DNA from: Halogeometricum borinquense DSM 11551
GTDB lineage: Archaea; Halobacteriota; Halobacteria; Halobacteriales; Haloferacaceae
Direction: 5' to 3'
DNA: 32,000 bases
Assembly (NCBI RefSeq): GCF_000172995.2
Contig: NC_014729.1
Span: 120,001-152,000 of the forward strand
Below are positions 31,953 to 32,000 of the stretch, piece by piece (position 1 is the stretch's first letter; the number at the start of each line of letters is the position of its first letter). Position numbers and translations under genes: made by a program. The notes under the pieces are model-generated. The model was not told the origin of the DNA. It made no database searches and worked only from the letters and a program-made list of their open reading frames with translations.

Positions 31953-32000
31953 ATGGCAGACACCATTACCGCAGAAGACCCGCTCACTGGCGAAGAAATA
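31953..32000 (+). CDS. lysW: 5' end of a CDS, probably the LysW/ArgW amino-group carrier protein (runs out of the window)
   Basis: MADTITAEDPLTGEEI... resembles the N-terminus of haloarchaeal LysW, and the position directly after argG-argH matches the haloarchaeal arg/lys cluster order. Only 16 codons are visible. Confidence 0.45.
   Translation, partial: MADTITAEDPLTGEEI

Noticed and set aside
1-32000. tRNA, rRNA, RNase P, SRP RNA, transposase, integrase, cas or toxin-antitoxin genes
   Set aside because: I scanned for T-arm-like GGTTCRAATCC strings, rRNA-like conserved blocks and the usual protein motifs, and found none. This was a visual scan, so tRNAscan-SE/Infernal should confirm the absence.

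Overview
GC-rich haloarchaeal chromosomal window. It belongs to class Halobacteria, and the gene order looks Haloferacales-like, but I cannot verify that without a database. The predicted proteins are strongly acidic. Many genes have a TATA-like box about 25-30 nt upstream of the start codon, which suggests leaderless mRNAs, and neighbouring genes often abut or overlap by 1-4 nt.

I call 33 protein-coding genes:
- a tetrapyrrole cluster (hemC, SUMT/cobA, hemD)
- a RecJ/GAN-like DHH nuclease
- an ABC ATPase with a fused double permease, next to a divergent wHTH regulator and a coupled small membrane protein
- a SnoaL-type ester cyclase and a Bat-type HTH regulator
- a NifU-like protein, a sulfatase-fold enzyme and ketopantoate reductase
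- the PolD large subunit, preceded by a PPC/DUF296 gene
- a tight CBS / glyS / polyprenol-kinase string
- a KhtT/KhtU-like cation:proton antiporter pair
- a very unusual 612-aa secreted repeat protein
- argG, argH and the start of a probable lysW

I recognised no rRNA, tRNA, CRISPR array, transposase or integrase. I found no convincing multi-gene novel system such as a defence island.

Most worth a second look:
1. The secreted protein at 26536-28374. It has about 23 N-glycosylation sequons in 196 aa, two 49-aa N/Q-rich beta-type repeats and two 87-aa C-terminal repeats, and I can assign no family.
2. An AT-rich, nearly ORF-free island at about 10.8-12.6 kb. It holds two stem-loops with identical 8-nt loops 147 bp apart that flank a GC-rich structured segment. 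This could be a transposon-end/PATE-like relic or a structured sRNA.
3. The exact 8-mer ATCTGATA, which I found four times, only in the two AT-rich intergenic regions flanking argG-argH.
4. A sulfatase-fold enzyme whose formylglycine motif C-x-P-x-R is replaced by T-L-P-V-H.

All functional calls rest on motif recognition by eye. No searches were run.
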